Positions 27,040-36,247 are shown, numbered from the stretch's first letter. The stretch is 64,000 nucleotides of DNA from an uncultured bacterium (GCA_964389325.1 CAYMEN010000006.1:84357-148356), one strand, 5' to 3'. Made by a program: numbers and translations. Notes: generated by a model not told the origin, from the letters alone.

Positions 27040-28488
27040 TCAGAAGACGCCGGAATAATACAGTTTGCGAACCTGAGGATCGTTGAGATTCGGACCACGG
27101 TAGGGGGAGCGACGCGGGGTCGCATCGGCGATTTCCTTGCAGGAAGATTCAATAGCGTTAGCTATACTTTTTCCCTGTTTCACCTGCTCGGCGGCGAACA
27201 CGGCACGTTTGGGATTGATCACGCCGCCCGACCGCACTTTGTCTGCCAGCCACTCTTTCTTGTCGACGGTTCCCATCAGGATCTGCTTCACTTCGACGGG
27301 GGTCAGGGCCTCGTTGGCCTGCATGACCAGCGAAGCGAAACGGGCCGCCATGGGGCAGGCCATCGACGTGCCGGACATGTATCCCATTTTTCCGTTGGGA
27401 TAGCTCGCATAGATGTTCACACCGGGAACGGCGACGTCGACTTTCGTGGTACCGTGGCACGAGAAGGCGGCCAGCTTCTTGTTGTCCTCGGTCGCCGCCA
27501 CGACCAGCTTGTTGTCGATCGGAGCATCGACCGGTGAGGCCGTGAAGAGGTCGAGATCTTCCGCGGAGTTCCCCGCGGCGATGCAGAACAGCGCCTGGGG
27601 AGAAGATTCGAATACGGCCTTGTCGCGCGCCAACAGGGCCTTGCTGACGAAGAGATTCACCACATTCTGCACATCGGCATCGCTGGGATTCGACCAACCC
27701 CATTCCTTGATCATGTTTTGCTTGAAAACCTGTTTGAGGTTCTCGTTGGGACTGCCAAACGAGCAGTTGACGATGCGGGCCTTGAAGCTGCCAAGATACT
27801 CGCCCTCTTTTTTTGCCTGCGAGGCATACTGTTCGCCGAGTTGCATGAACAGAGCCTCGAGCTGATCGAGGGACACCTGCTGAGTGACGCCGGCCCGACC
27901 GGTTCGGGATCGGCTGGGCTGAATCCGCTCATGCAGCAGCATGGCGCGTATCTGGGCGACGGCCTGCTGGGCCAGGGCCTTGGGTGCCGTACCGGTATTG
28001 ATATGGCGAATGGCGTTCATGGTGATCGAGGGGTTGTCGGTGGAAAGGATGCCCGCGCAGTGGGTTCCATGAGCCCAGCCGCCGGTGAAGCCGATCCAGG
28101 CCCAGAATTTCTTGTCGCTGTTGGCTTTCAAGAGCGTTTGAAACTCATCGGGAGTCAGGGCTTCCTTCCCGTATGCCTGCAAAATGCCCAGAAGGCGCAT
28201 ACATTCGAGAACGCGATCATACTCGGGAGGCGTGCTGGTCAGATCGACCAGCACGGCGTTGTTGTCGACAAAGTTCCAGCCGTAGAGGTCATCGACATAG
28301 CCGTTGCCATCATCGTCAGCCCCGGCGTTCCCTTTGGCCTCGGCAACGTTGGCGAGCGCCTGAGGGGCCAGACGGGGGTGCGTGAAGTCGGACCCGGAGT
28401 CAAGGATCAGGGTTTTCACGGGCTCGGCAGCAAATCCTGCGGTTCCGAAGGCAAGAGCTACGGCAAAACCGACAAGGGCTTTCTTCAT
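27040..28488 (-). CDS. Secreted subtilisin-like serine protease (S8 family).
   Basis: Signal MKKALVGFAVALAFGTAGFA with RBS GAGGAG. The catalytic triad contexts are D (ILDSGSD), H (HGTHCAGI) and S (GTSMACPMAA). Confidence 0.85.
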   Translation of the reverse strand: MKKALVGFAVALAFGTAGFAAEPVKTLILDSGSDFTHPRLAPQALANVAEAKGNAGADDDGNGYVDDLYGWNFVDNNAVLVDLTSTPPEYDRVLECMRLLGILQAYGKEALTPDEFQTLLKANSDKKFWAWIGFTGGWAHGTHCAGILSTDNPSITMNAIRHINTGTAPKALAQQAVAQIRAMLLHERIQPSRSRTGRAGVTQQVSLDQLEALFMQLGEQYASQAKKEGEYLGSFKARIVNCSFGSPNENLKQVFKQNMIKEWGWSNPSDADVQNVVNLFVSKALLARDKAVFESSPQALFCIAAGNSAEDLDLFTASPVDAPIDNKLVVAATEDNKKLAAFSCHGTTKVDVAVPGVNIYASYPNGKMGYMSGTSMACPMAARFASLVMQANEALTPVEVKQILMGTVDKKEWLADKVRSGGVINPKRAVFAAEQVKQGKSIANAIESSCKEIADATPRRSPYRGPNLNDPQVRKLYYSGVF

Positions 28489-28591
28489 GGCAACTCCTCT
28501 TCTGCATCGATGAGAATTCCGAACGTGTTGTCAATTGTACTCATAATTTGCCCCTCCCGCCATGCGCCCCCGATTTATTCTTTTTAAAACG

Positions 28592-31003
28592 TCAGGGCTT
28601 GATGGTCTGGAGGCGGGTGGCGAGGCTGCGAACGTGGTCGATCGAGAGGGGGCGCTCGCGCCACTCGAAGGCTTTGAAGGCGGGCATCTGGTCGGTCGCG
28701 TGCGCTCCCCAGGCGGCGTTGCCGGGGGGCATGACGCCGATGATGCTGATGCCGTCAGGGTTCAGATGCATGATCTGGACGTCGCTTCCGCGGTTCATAT
28801 ACGGCGTACACGAGGCCGTGGGCGCCATGGTCGGAGCCCCGACATGGTTCATGCCGGCGAACTCCATGGCCGGACACGGAAGCAGGGGGAGCGGCATTCC
28901 CTCAGAGGCGAGGCCGGCGACCGTTTCGCCAAACACTTCGGTGACGACCTGGCTCGCAGGCTTTCCGCCGAGGTAGTCGAAGCCGGAGGTGCCCTTCAGG
29001 GCTTTCGCGAGAAGCGAGGTCTGCGTCCAGGTGGGGTCGGAAGCGAGCATCCAGGCGTATTCGCCCAAGGTATTCCCGAACACGGCTCCGAACAGGCGAT
29101 TCCAGAAGGCATCGAACAGGCCTGCACCGGGATGATCGAGCAGGCCGTCGCCGTTCTCGTCGGTGCGCAGACCGTTCCAGTCGCGCAGGGCGCCGAGAGC
29201 CGTAATTCCGCCGGCCGTCAGGGCGGGCTCGTCGATCAGTCCCATGAGAAGATTGCGGAAACACCACGCGCGAAGATCGGTGAACGCCATGGCCCGGTCG
29301 AGCTCCCTGAGATACTCGACGGACCACCGGCTTCGATTTCCGTCGAGCTGCTCCGCCAGGAACTTCGTGCGCTGGTCCGCGCCCCAGCCGGTCTGCATGT
29401 CCCCGTCGCGGTATCCGTTCACGGGGGGGCAGTTCCAGTTCGCATAGAAGCCTGAAGCCGGATCGCTTCCGGCAAGCCGGACGTCTGGATACGGAAACTC
29501 CGTCGGCTGCGCGGTCGGCAGGCGGTCGTCACCGAAACTCCTGCGGCTCTTTCCGCAGCCGGTATGCGTGAAGGCAATGTGGCCGCCCCGGTCGGCCCCG
29601 AGCCAGTTGATGGAAATGGCCATACCGTCGCTCGCATCAAGCCAGTCTTCGAGAGTTTTCGCATGGTTCGAGGCGAACCAGGCCGCATAGGAGTCGATCA
29701 GGCGGCCTTTCCAGGCACGATGCTTCACGTACACCACGGGGCCTTCGGCCGCGATCACCGGTCCGAGCGGGGTATCCTCGAACGTTCGCTCGACCGGGCG
29801 GCGCAGGCCTTTCACCGTGATTATTTCGGTCCGGGTGACGACCGGCATCGCGATCTCCCCTGATTCCGAAGTCGCGGGGGTTTTCCCGCCAACCAGGATC
29901 GTCGGATCACTCGCCAGCCGCCTGAACGTCACGACATCGACGATGTTGCCGACCCCGGCCGTCGCGGAGAAGCCCAGGTCGCGGTTCGCCCCGAACAAAA
30001 GCGCGAGATACCCGGCCGGCGTCGTTCCGACGAGATCGAATTTCGGCGTGTGCAGGCCAATCTCATAGACGGCGGAAGGTGAAAAATAGCCCATCTGCGG
30101 GCCGCCGTACAGAAACGCTTCCCGCTTTCCCTCTGGCAGTCGCGACAGGACGGCGGCGTAACTCCCGGACTTGTCGGGAATACCGATCGTTTTCAGCGTC
30201 TGGTTCCGTTTCCGGCTGCGCAGGGTGGGAGCCTCGTATGGCTCCGTCCCGGGAAGATACGATGGCAGGCGCGGCGAACGGCGCAGGCTCTGCTGACCGG
30301 GGAAGGGCCTGTCGCCCAGCGTCGTATAGGCAGCCGGATCCCGGTAGAACACGATGTCTTCGAAGATGCGCGAAGCCTGGCGGGCGCCGTATTTGCGCAC
30401 CATCGCCGAGAGCAGGTGGAGGTTGTCGAGCTCCTGGGTGAAATCGTTGTATCTCGCGCCCATCGTGCCCGCGAAAATTTCGAGCACGTCGGTGACGGAG
30501 AACGGCGTCGCCTCGACGCCGGCGGCGGCAAGGCCGGGATCAGCGGGAATTCGACGCAGGCGCATCCGCTCCACGGATCGGTTCAGGCCGCGGGTGAACG
30601 CCTCGACGGCGGCCCGGAACTCGCCCGGCGCCCGCTCGAACCCTTCCCGCAGCTCCGTTTCCGGCACCCGGTCGCGGCGGGCGAGGGTGTCGGCGTCGAG
30701 AAACGCCTTGCCGAACAGTTCCGACAGCGTGCCGCGGCAGGAGCGGCGCAGGAGCTCGAGCTGCATCATCCGGTCCTGGCCGATGCAGTAGCCGAATCCC
30801 CAGTAGACGCCTTCCGTCGTGCTCGCCACGACGTGGGGAACGCCCGCCGGGTCGCGCCAGATCTGGATCTCGACCCCGGGCATCGGGTGCCGGTATTCCG
30901 CCAGGTCGACAGCTTCTGCCGTGGAAAAGGGGGTCGCGAACGCGAACAGCATGCATGCGGCCGCGGCAACTTTACATATTGATTTATATATATACTGCGT
31001 CAT
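28592..31003 (-). CDS. Secreted penicillin amidase/acylase family protein (Ntn hydrolase S45; possible AHL or beta-lactam acylase).
   Basis: Signal MTQYIYKSICKVAAAACMLFAFATPFSTAEA with RBS AAGGAG. The N-terminal alpha-subunit signature IWRDPAGVPHVVASTTEGVYWGFGYCIGQDRMMQLELLRR matches the IYRDEWGIPHI...AQDRLWQME pattern of PvdQ/penicillin G acylases. Confidence 0.85.
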   Translation of the reverse strand: MTQYIYKSICKVAAAACMLFAFATPFSTAEAVDLAEYRHPMPGVEIQIWRDPAGVPHVVASTTEGVYWGFGYCIGQDRMMQLELLRRSCRGTLSELFGKAFLDADTLARRDRVPETELREGFERAPGEFRAAVEAFTRGLNRSVERMRLRRIPADPGLAAAGVEATPFSVTDVLEIFAGTMGARYNDFTQELDNLHLLSAMVRKYGARQASRIFEDIVFYRDPAAYTTLGDRPFPGQQSLRRSPRLPSYLPGTEPYEAPTLRSRKRNQTLKTIGIPDKSGSYAAVLSRLPEGKREAFLYGGPQMGYFSPSAVYEIGLHTPKFDLVGTTPAGYLALLFGANRDLGFSATAGVGNIVDVVTFRRLASDPTILVGGKTPATSESGEIAMPVVTRTEIITVKGLRRPVERTFEDTPLGPVIAAEGPVVYVKHRAWKGRLIDSYAAWFASNHAKTLEDWLDASDGMAISINWLGADRGGHIAFTHTGCGKSRRSFGDDRLPTAQPTEFPYPDVRLAGSDPASGFYANWNCPPVNGYRDGDMQTGWGADQRTKFLAEQLDGNRSRWSVEYLRELDRAMAFTDLRAWCFRNLLMGLIDEPALTAGGITALGALRDWNGLRTDENGDGLLDHPGAGLFDAFWNRLFGAVFGNTLGEYAWMLASDPTWTQTSLLAKALKGTSGFDYLGGKPASQVVTEVFGETVAGLASEGMPLPLLPCPAMEFAGMNHVGAPTMAPTASCTPYMNRGSDVQIMHLNPDGISIIGVMPPGNAAWGAHATDQMPAFKAFEWRERPLSIDHVRSLATRLQTIKP

Positions 31004-31132
31004 CGGTTCTGGCTCCTTGTCTCGAGGTCTGTCGTGCGGCTGGTTTTCCGTCGCTGCTGCGCCTTCCGGCGCCGGGGAAAGGACACGCGGGGCCTTCCGC
31101 CGCCGGAAAGCCCCGCATGAACGAGCCCTGCA

Positions 31133-31291
31133 TCAGATTTTCTCGAACTGGTCCTTGCCCACGCCGCAGACCGGGCAGACCCAGGAATCCGGAATCTTCT
31201 CGAAGGGAGTCCCGGGGGCGATACCGCCGTCCGGATCGCCGACGGCCGGGTCATACTCGTAACCGCAGACATTGCAACGATACTTGTCCAT
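31133..31291 (-). CDS. Rubredoxin (52 aa), absent from the ORF track because it is under 60 aa.
   Basis: Translation is [52 protein letters not shown], with the canonical CxxCG...CPxCG rubredoxin motifs. RBS GAGGAG upstream. Confidence 0.85.
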   Translation of the reverse strand: MDKYRCNVCGYEYDPAVGDPDGGIAPGTPFEKIPDSWVCPVCGVGKDQFEKI

Positions 31292-31321
31292 CTTCAATTG
31301 CTCCTCGGTAGATTTGATATA

Positions 31322-31870
31322 TCAAAAAGAATTTTTCACATCGGCGAGCGCCCTGCGCTCATCGGCGTTCAACACCACTTCGATTTCCAGCATCGGCAGC
31401 AGGCCATCGCCGATCTCGGCGATCCGCGCGCAGCCCGGCGTGATGGTCACGCCCTCGGGAGGCCGCATCGGCACGCGGCCGTCGGCAAGCCGCAGTGTCA
31501 CGTCGTCGACGCACAACGCCAGCAGGCCCTCGGGGGCCCGGAACACGAGCAACCGCTCCTCTTCATCCTCCCCGGGGGCTTTCGCGGGCGACGCGGCGAC
31601 ACCGAGGCGGGAGCGCGGGTCGAACACCGGTATAATATTCCCGCGTATATTCACGACACCGACCAGCAGCGGAACATTCGCTGCGACGGCGATCAGCGGG
31701 GGAGCCATCATGACCTCGGCGACCGCGACCGCATCGACGGCGAACTGCGTGCCGCCGAGCGTCACGGTCACGAGCTGCAGATACTGCGCCTCTTCCGAGG
31801 TCCTCCCGCCCTGTCTTCGGATCCGGTCGAGGATGTCGGAATCATGTCTGAAGGGAAGCACGGGTGTCAT
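31322..31870 (-). CDS. CheW-like domain protein (182 aa).
   Basis: QYLQLVTVTLGGTQFAVDAVAVAEVMMAPPLIAVAANVPLLVGVVNIRGNIIPVFDPRSRLG is a CheW fold signature. Its ATG overlaps the AAA ATPase stop (ATGA). The 236-aa Arg-rich N-terminal extension in the ORF track is rejected. Confidence 0.8.
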   Translation of the reverse strand: MTPVLPFRHDSDILDRIRRQGGRTSEEAQYLQLVTVTLGGTQFAVDAVAVAEVMMAPPLIAVAANVPLLVGVVNIRGNIIPVFDPRSRLGVAASPAKAPGEDEEERLLVFRAPEGLLALCVDDVTLRLADGRVPMRPPEGVTITPGCARIAEIGDGLLPMLEIEVVLNADERRALADVKNSF

Positions 31871-33480
31871 CGGGGCGTTTCTCCAGGATCGGCGAAGAGA
31901 TTCAGGCCGGAAGCCTTTGCGCGGCCGGTAGCGCCGGCGGCAGGCGGTTTTCCGACCGAGGCGCGTTTGGCGCGGGTCGCGGCCCAGTCCCGCAGGCCGG
32001 CAATCTGCTCGCGCATCGTGACGGCGAGAGGGACGGTCTCGGTGAGGGCTTTGCGCAGGTCGCCCGTTTCGAGGTCGCGGCCGGCATGGAAAGCGTCGAA
32101 CATGGCGCTGATCACGGCCTGCTCGATTTCCGCGCCGGAGAACCCCTCGCTGACGGCTGCAAGCTCGATCAGGTCGAACGTTGCCGGGTCGCGGCGCCGC
32201 TTGGAGAGATGGATCGTGAAGATCGCGCGCCGCTCCTCGTCGGTGGGCAGGTCGACGAAGAAGATCTCGTCGAACCGCCCCTTGCGCAGCAGCTCGGCAG
32301 GCAGGTCGCGGATGTTGTTCGAAGTCGCGATGACGAACACCGGCACCGTCTTTTCCTGCAGCCAGGTGATGAAGCTGCCGAAGATGCGGCTGCTGACGCC
32401 GCCGTCGCCGCTTCCGCCCGACACGCCGGCGAACGCCTTCTCGATCTCGTCGAGCCAGAGGATCGTCGGGGAAAGCGCCTCGGCCATGCGGATCGCGCGC
32501 CGCAGGTTCTCTTCGGACTCGCCGACGTATTTTCCGAAGATCTGGCCGACGTCGAGCCGCAGCAGCGGAAGCCGCCACAGCGAACTGATCGATTTCGAGA
32601 TCAGGCTCTTGCCGCAGCCCTGGACGCCGAGCAGCAGGATACCCTTCGGCTCGGGCAGGCCGAACTCGCGGGCGCGCGCCGTGAACGCCTCGCCGCGCTT
32701 GATCAGCCAGTCTTTCAGGATCTCCAGGCCGCCGACGTTCGTCAGCTCCTCCTGAACCTCGTAATACTCGAGCAGGCCGCTCTTGCGGATGATCTGCTTC
32801 TTTTCCGAAAGGATGAACGGGACGTCGGTTTCATCGAACTTCAGATCGTTCACAATCGCGCGGTTGAAGACGTTCTCGACCTCGGACTGGGTGAGGCCTG
32901 AGACGGACTTCACGATCCGGTCGCGGGTATCCTCGCTGAGGCTGATCTTCACCTTGCTGCCGTGGATGCGCTTCACCTCGGCGATCACATTGTCGAGCAG
33001 GCCGGCGATCTCCTTCTGGGTCGGGATCGGGAAATCGAACACCGTGATCTCTTTTTCGAGCTCGTGCGGCACGCGCAGGATCGGCGACAGCAGGACCAGG
33101 CTCTTGTAGCTCGTCCGGAACGCCACGGCGATGTCGCGCAGAACGCGGCGCACCTGCAGGGGGTCGCTCAGGTAGGCAGGCAACGGGTCTTCGAAGAAGA
33201 GGTGGAGGTCCTTGAAGACGAACAGGGCGCGTTCCTGCGACCGCAGGGCGTGTCGCAGCGCCTTGAGCGGGCTCACGATCGGCTCGCCCTTCGCATCTTT
33301 GATCTCGGTTCCCTTCGGGTCGAGAAGCCCGTCGGATGCCGACCAGACCCACATCGTCTTCTGCGTGGCCTTCGCGACGTCGGCCAGGGCCGTCATGGCC
33401 CGCCCTTCCTCACTGGTCACGAGATACAGCATCGGGTATCGCGCCCGGATATGGTCGCTCAGCTCTTTGATCAAGTCCAT
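31867..33480 (-). CDS. AAA+ ATPase of the Ycf46-like type (N-terminal domain plus a single C-terminal classical AAA module).
   Basis: Walker A is GVQGCGKS. Walker B is ILWLDEIEKA. The SRH is ATSNNIRDLPAELLRKGRFDEIFFVDLP. RBS GAGGGG. Confidence 0.85.
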   Translation of the reverse strand: MDLIKELSDHIRARYPMLYLVTSEEGRAMTALADVAKATQKTMWVWSASDGLLDPKGTEIKDAKGEPIVSPLKALRHALRSQERALFVFKDLHLFFEDPLPAYLSDPLQVRRVLRDIAVAFRTSYKSLVLLSPILRVPHELEKEITVFDFPIPTQKEIAGLLDNVIAEVKRIHGSKVKISLSEDTRDRIVKSVSGLTQSEVENVFNRAIVNDLKFDETDVPFILSEKKQIIRKSGLLEYYEVQEELTNVGGLEILKDWLIKRGEAFTARAREFGLPEPKGILLLGVQGCGKSLISKSISSLWRLPLLRLDVGQIFGKYVGESEENLRRAIRMAEALSPTILWLDEIEKAFAGVSGGSGDGGVSSRIFGSFITWLQEKTVPVFVIATSNNIRDLPAELLRKGRFDEIFFVDLPTDEERRAIFTIHLSKRRRDPATFDLIELAAVSEGFSGAEIEQAVISAMFDAFHAGRDLETGDLRKALTETVPLAVTMREQIAGLRDWAATRAKRASVGKPPAAGATGRAKASGLNLFADPGETPR

Positions 33481-33584
33481 GGTTTCCCCTCTTTCCGACG
33501 TCTATTGTATCAAAAACTCCCCGGAGAACAAGGGGGCCCGACGCCTCACATCAGGGCAAGCGCAGGTGTGTTCGCAAGACGGAC

Positions 33585-33700
33585 GTGAATCACGGAGAAC
33601 ACGATGAACACGGAGGTTTCACAGAGAATGTTGTTGTTCTCTGCGAAACCTCCGTGCGCTTTGTGTCCTCTGTGATTCAGCGGTTGTGATAACTGATGCG
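33585..33700 (+). repeat. Copy B of the dispersed intergenic repeat family (the best-preserved copy).
   Basis: GTGAATCACGGAGAACACGATGAACACGGAGGTTTCACAGAGAA...TTCTCTGCGAAACCTCCGTGCGCTTTGTGTCCTCTGTGATTCAGCGGTTGTGATAACTGATGCGC. It has imperfect terminal inverted repeats (GTGAATCACGGAG / CTCTGTGATTCAGC) and an internal hairpin (GGAGGTTTCACAGAGAA / TTCTCTGCGAAACCTCC). Confidence 0.65.
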
Positions 33701-33763
33701 CTCCCTTTGGGCGGCAAAGAATTTCTTCCGGTATCGAAAGGGGAAATCTGGTATAAACGAAGC

Positions 33764-35206
33764 ATGGTGTTCAAAAATCTGTTGAACTGGATCACCGGCA
33801 GGCCCTCGGAAGAAGCGGCGCCGGAGCCGGTCCAGCCGCAAAGCGAGAGGCGCCGGTTCCAGCGCATCGGCCTCGAGGACGGCCTCGTATGGCTCGGCGA
33901 GCTGGAGCCGTTTCCCGTCCTGAACCTCAGTTACGGCGGCATCAAGTTCGAGGTTCCGGCCGGCACGTCCGGGGACGGCGGCATTGCGCCCGGACAGGTT
34001 CTTGAAGCGAACATCCAGCTGGGAAACGTGCGGTTCGCGACGGAGCTCAAGATCTGCAACCGGTTCGACGCCGTGTTCGGCTGTTCCTTCGTCGGCCTGA
34101 AGCCAGCGGCATCGCGACTCATCAGCGACTTTCTCAAGCCTCGCATCATCGGGGCGTCGATGACCGAGATCGACGGCTCGCGCCTCCAGCACCACGATCC
34201 CGGCCTCCGGATGCGCTGGTTCCAGGGCGAGGAGGGAACGCAGATATTCCTCTGGCAGACGCTCGACGGGGAGATCGTCCGGGAGGAATACTATTTTTTA
34301 GATTATATTATTACCTGGAACCAGGAGACACAGGTTTTCCAGACGGGGAAACTCCATCCCGACAAGGGAAAATCGGGCTTCGGCAGGGTCGATCCGTCGA
34401 CCGTCGTTTTTTTCAAGGTCCCCTCACACCGGGCGATCAGGATGGGGCGGAAGATCCTCGAGTGCGCGGCCCTGCCGCTCGAGGCACGCGACCAGATGCT
34501 CGCGAACCTGATTCGTGAGGAGAAGCGCCTCTACCAGCGCTACATCATCCGCGCGGGCGACCAGGCACCGCAATTCACCCCTGACGGGCATCCCGGCCGC
34601 CACCTCGTCGTCGCCAACCTCAGTGCCGGCGGCATCGCGTTTCTGACGCCCGAAGAGGGGCTCGGCACCTTCGGGAAGCGCGGCGAACTGCTCACCGGCC
34701 GTCTCGAGCTCGATGGAAGCGTGGTGCCGATCCACGTCCGGATCGTCTACCTCACCAGCCAGATGATCGGCGGCACGGTGGAACCGGCCGGCACGGCCGG
34801 AAGCGACGAGATCGCCAGATTCCTCGCCCCCCGCCTCCTCGGCCAGTCGCTCGAGGAAATGCCTTCGCCGCTCGAAGAACTCCCCCAGACCTTCCGAAAC
34901 TCCCGGGTCTATCTCCACGTCGGCCTTCACAACACACACGTCATCTCGGCCGTGAATCCCGACGGAAACCTGCTGGCAGGCCGGATCGCCTTCATGGACC
35001 ACATCCTCGTCTGGGAACGCGGCGCCCTCGCTTCCTGGAAATGCCCCGGCGGCATCGTTTTCCCACGCGACTGGGAACTCCCCCTCGACATCCTGGAACG
35101 CGAAGCTGCTATTCCCGAGCATCTCCGAGGCATCTGCGCCGAAATGATCGAGTCGGCCGAACTCCCCCCGGAAGTGGGAACCGCCTGGAAAACAGTGCTG
35201 TCATAA
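33764..35206 (+). CDS. Tandem PilZ-domain protein, a putative c-di-GMP receptor.
   Basis: Start MVFKNLLNW. PilZ motif set 1 is RRRFQR...NLSYGGIKF. Set 2 is GRHLVVANLSAGGIAF. Each is followed by a beta-barrel-like region. Confidence 0.75.
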   Translation: MVFKNLLNWITGRPSEEAAPEPVQPQSERRRFQRIGLEDGLVWLGELEPFPVLNLSYGGIKFEVPAGTSGDGGIAPGQVLEANIQLGNVRFATELKICNRFDAVFGCSFVGLKPAASRLISDFLKPRIIGASMTEIDGSRLQHHDPGLRMRWFQGEEGTQIFLWQTLDGEIVREEYYFLDYIITWNQETQVFQTGKLHPDKGKSGFGRVDPSTVVFFKVPSHRAIRMGRKILECAALPLEARDQMLANLIREEKRLYQRYIIRAGDQAPQFTPDGHPGRHLVVANLSAGGIAFLTPEEGLGTFGKRGELLTGRLELDGSVVPIHVRIVYLTSQMIGGTVEPAGTAGSDEIARFLAPRLLGQSLEEMPSPLEELPQTFRNSRVYLHVGLHNTHVISAVNPDGNLLAGRIAFMDHILVWERGALASWKCPGGIVFPRDWELPLDILEREAAIPEHLRGICAEMIESAELPPEVGTAWKTVLS

Positions 35207-35454
35207 ACAGCGCCCAACGCCGGCCGCCTCCGCGCCGAAATTTCCGGTCATCCCCCCACGCCTTGTTGGCTCCTGGAATGAAAAACCATCCGTTCGCCCT
35301 GAGCTTGTCGAAGCCTGGCCTGAACTTCTGTCTCTCTCCAAGCCCCGCACAGGCTTTTTTTCAGCCGGCAGCTTTTTGAACGAGACTCCCCCTCGCGCCA
35401 TCCACGCTTTCTGCCGATCCTTCAGGAAAGCGACGCATCCTTGCTCCCGAATCG

Positions 35455-35560
35455 ACTCGTTTCATTCTACCTTTATTATAGTAATATTAATATATTAATG
35501 TTGTTAACAATAAATTAATAATAACATTAGCATGATAGTGTTATATTTATTGGGGATGGG
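35455..35560. other. A ~100-nt extremely AT-rich island (about 12% GC) with nested perfect palindromes; candidate sRNA promoter, operator cluster or att/DUE-like site.
   Basis: TTATTATAGTAATATTAATATATTAATGTTGTTAACAATAAATTAATAATAACATTAGCATGATAGTGTTATATTTATT. It contains ATTAATATATTAAT (a 14-nt palindrome) and TTGTTAACAA (a 10-nt palindrome). Confidence 0.4.
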
Positions 35561-35577
35561 GAAACTCGGGACGCAAC

Positions 35578-35615
35578 AAAACAGGCCCAACTCATTGGCG
35601 AGTCGGGCCTGTTTT
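35578..35615. terminator. Bidirectional Rho-independent terminator between the PilZ gene and rdgB.
   Basis: AAAACAGGCCC-(16-nt loop)-GGGCCTGTTTT: a perfect 11-bp stem with A/T runs on both sides. Confidence 0.75.
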
Positions 35616-35662
35616 GTTATGTCAGTGAAACTGGGGGTATCCGCCGTTTTCGGTATTTCCCG

Positions 35663-36247
35663 TCAGGGCAGGTTCAAATGGCGTTTCAGCGCTTCGACGG
35701 CTCTCCCGCGGTGGCTGATCCGGTTTTTTTCCTCTTCGGAGAGCTCGGCGACGCTGCAGCCGCGCTCAGGGAGCATGAATACGGGATCGAACCCGAAGCC
35801 GCCCCTTCCACGCCGCTCGAAGCCGATCCGCCCCTCGAGGGTTCCCTCGAAGAAGGCAGAAACACCTTTCGTATCGATATAACAGACAACACACCTGAAC
35901 CTGGCGGATCTTTTTTCCTCGGGCAGGTCGGCGAGCTCGTTCAGGAGCTTATCGATGTTTTTCTCATGCGTCGGATTGGGTGCAGAGTAGCGCTGGGAGT
36001 GAATTCCAGGCCTTCCGCCAAGCGCATCGACTTCCAGACCTGAATCATCGGCGAAAACAGGCTCTTTCACCAGCTCCCAGAGGGCACGCGCCTTGATTTC
36101 GGCATTTTCCTGGTAGGTATGGCCCGTTTCGGCCACATCACCGATGTCGGGGAGATCGAGCTGGCATCGGAGATTCACCGTCGAGCCGAGAATCGCGCCG
36201 ATTTCCTGCAGCTTGTGTCGGTTCCCGGTAGCAATCCAGAGTTTCAT
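35663..36247 (-). CDS. rdgB: Non-canonical purine NTP pyrophosphatase (RdgB/HAM1 family).
   Basis: MKLWIATGNRHKLQEI...FADDSGLEVDALGGRPGIHSQRY...GFGFDPVF are Ham1 family motifs. It overlaps rph by 4 nt. Confidence 0.9.
   Translation of the reverse strand: MKLWIATGNRHKLQEIGAILGSTVNLRCQLDLPDIGDVAETGHTYQENAEIKARALWELVKEPVFADDSGLEVDALGGRPGIHSQRYSAPNPTHEKNIDKLLNELADLPEEKRSARFRCVVCYIDTKGVSAFFEGTLEGRIGFERRGRGGFGFDPVFMLPERGCSVAELSEEEKNRISHRGRAVEALKRHLNLP

Noticed and set aside
35532-35882. 116-aa ORF starting in the AT-rich island
   Set aside because: It runs through the bidirectional terminator and then antisense into rdgB. The only plausible part is the first ~15 codons, so it is treated as a non-coding or candidate sRNA region instead.
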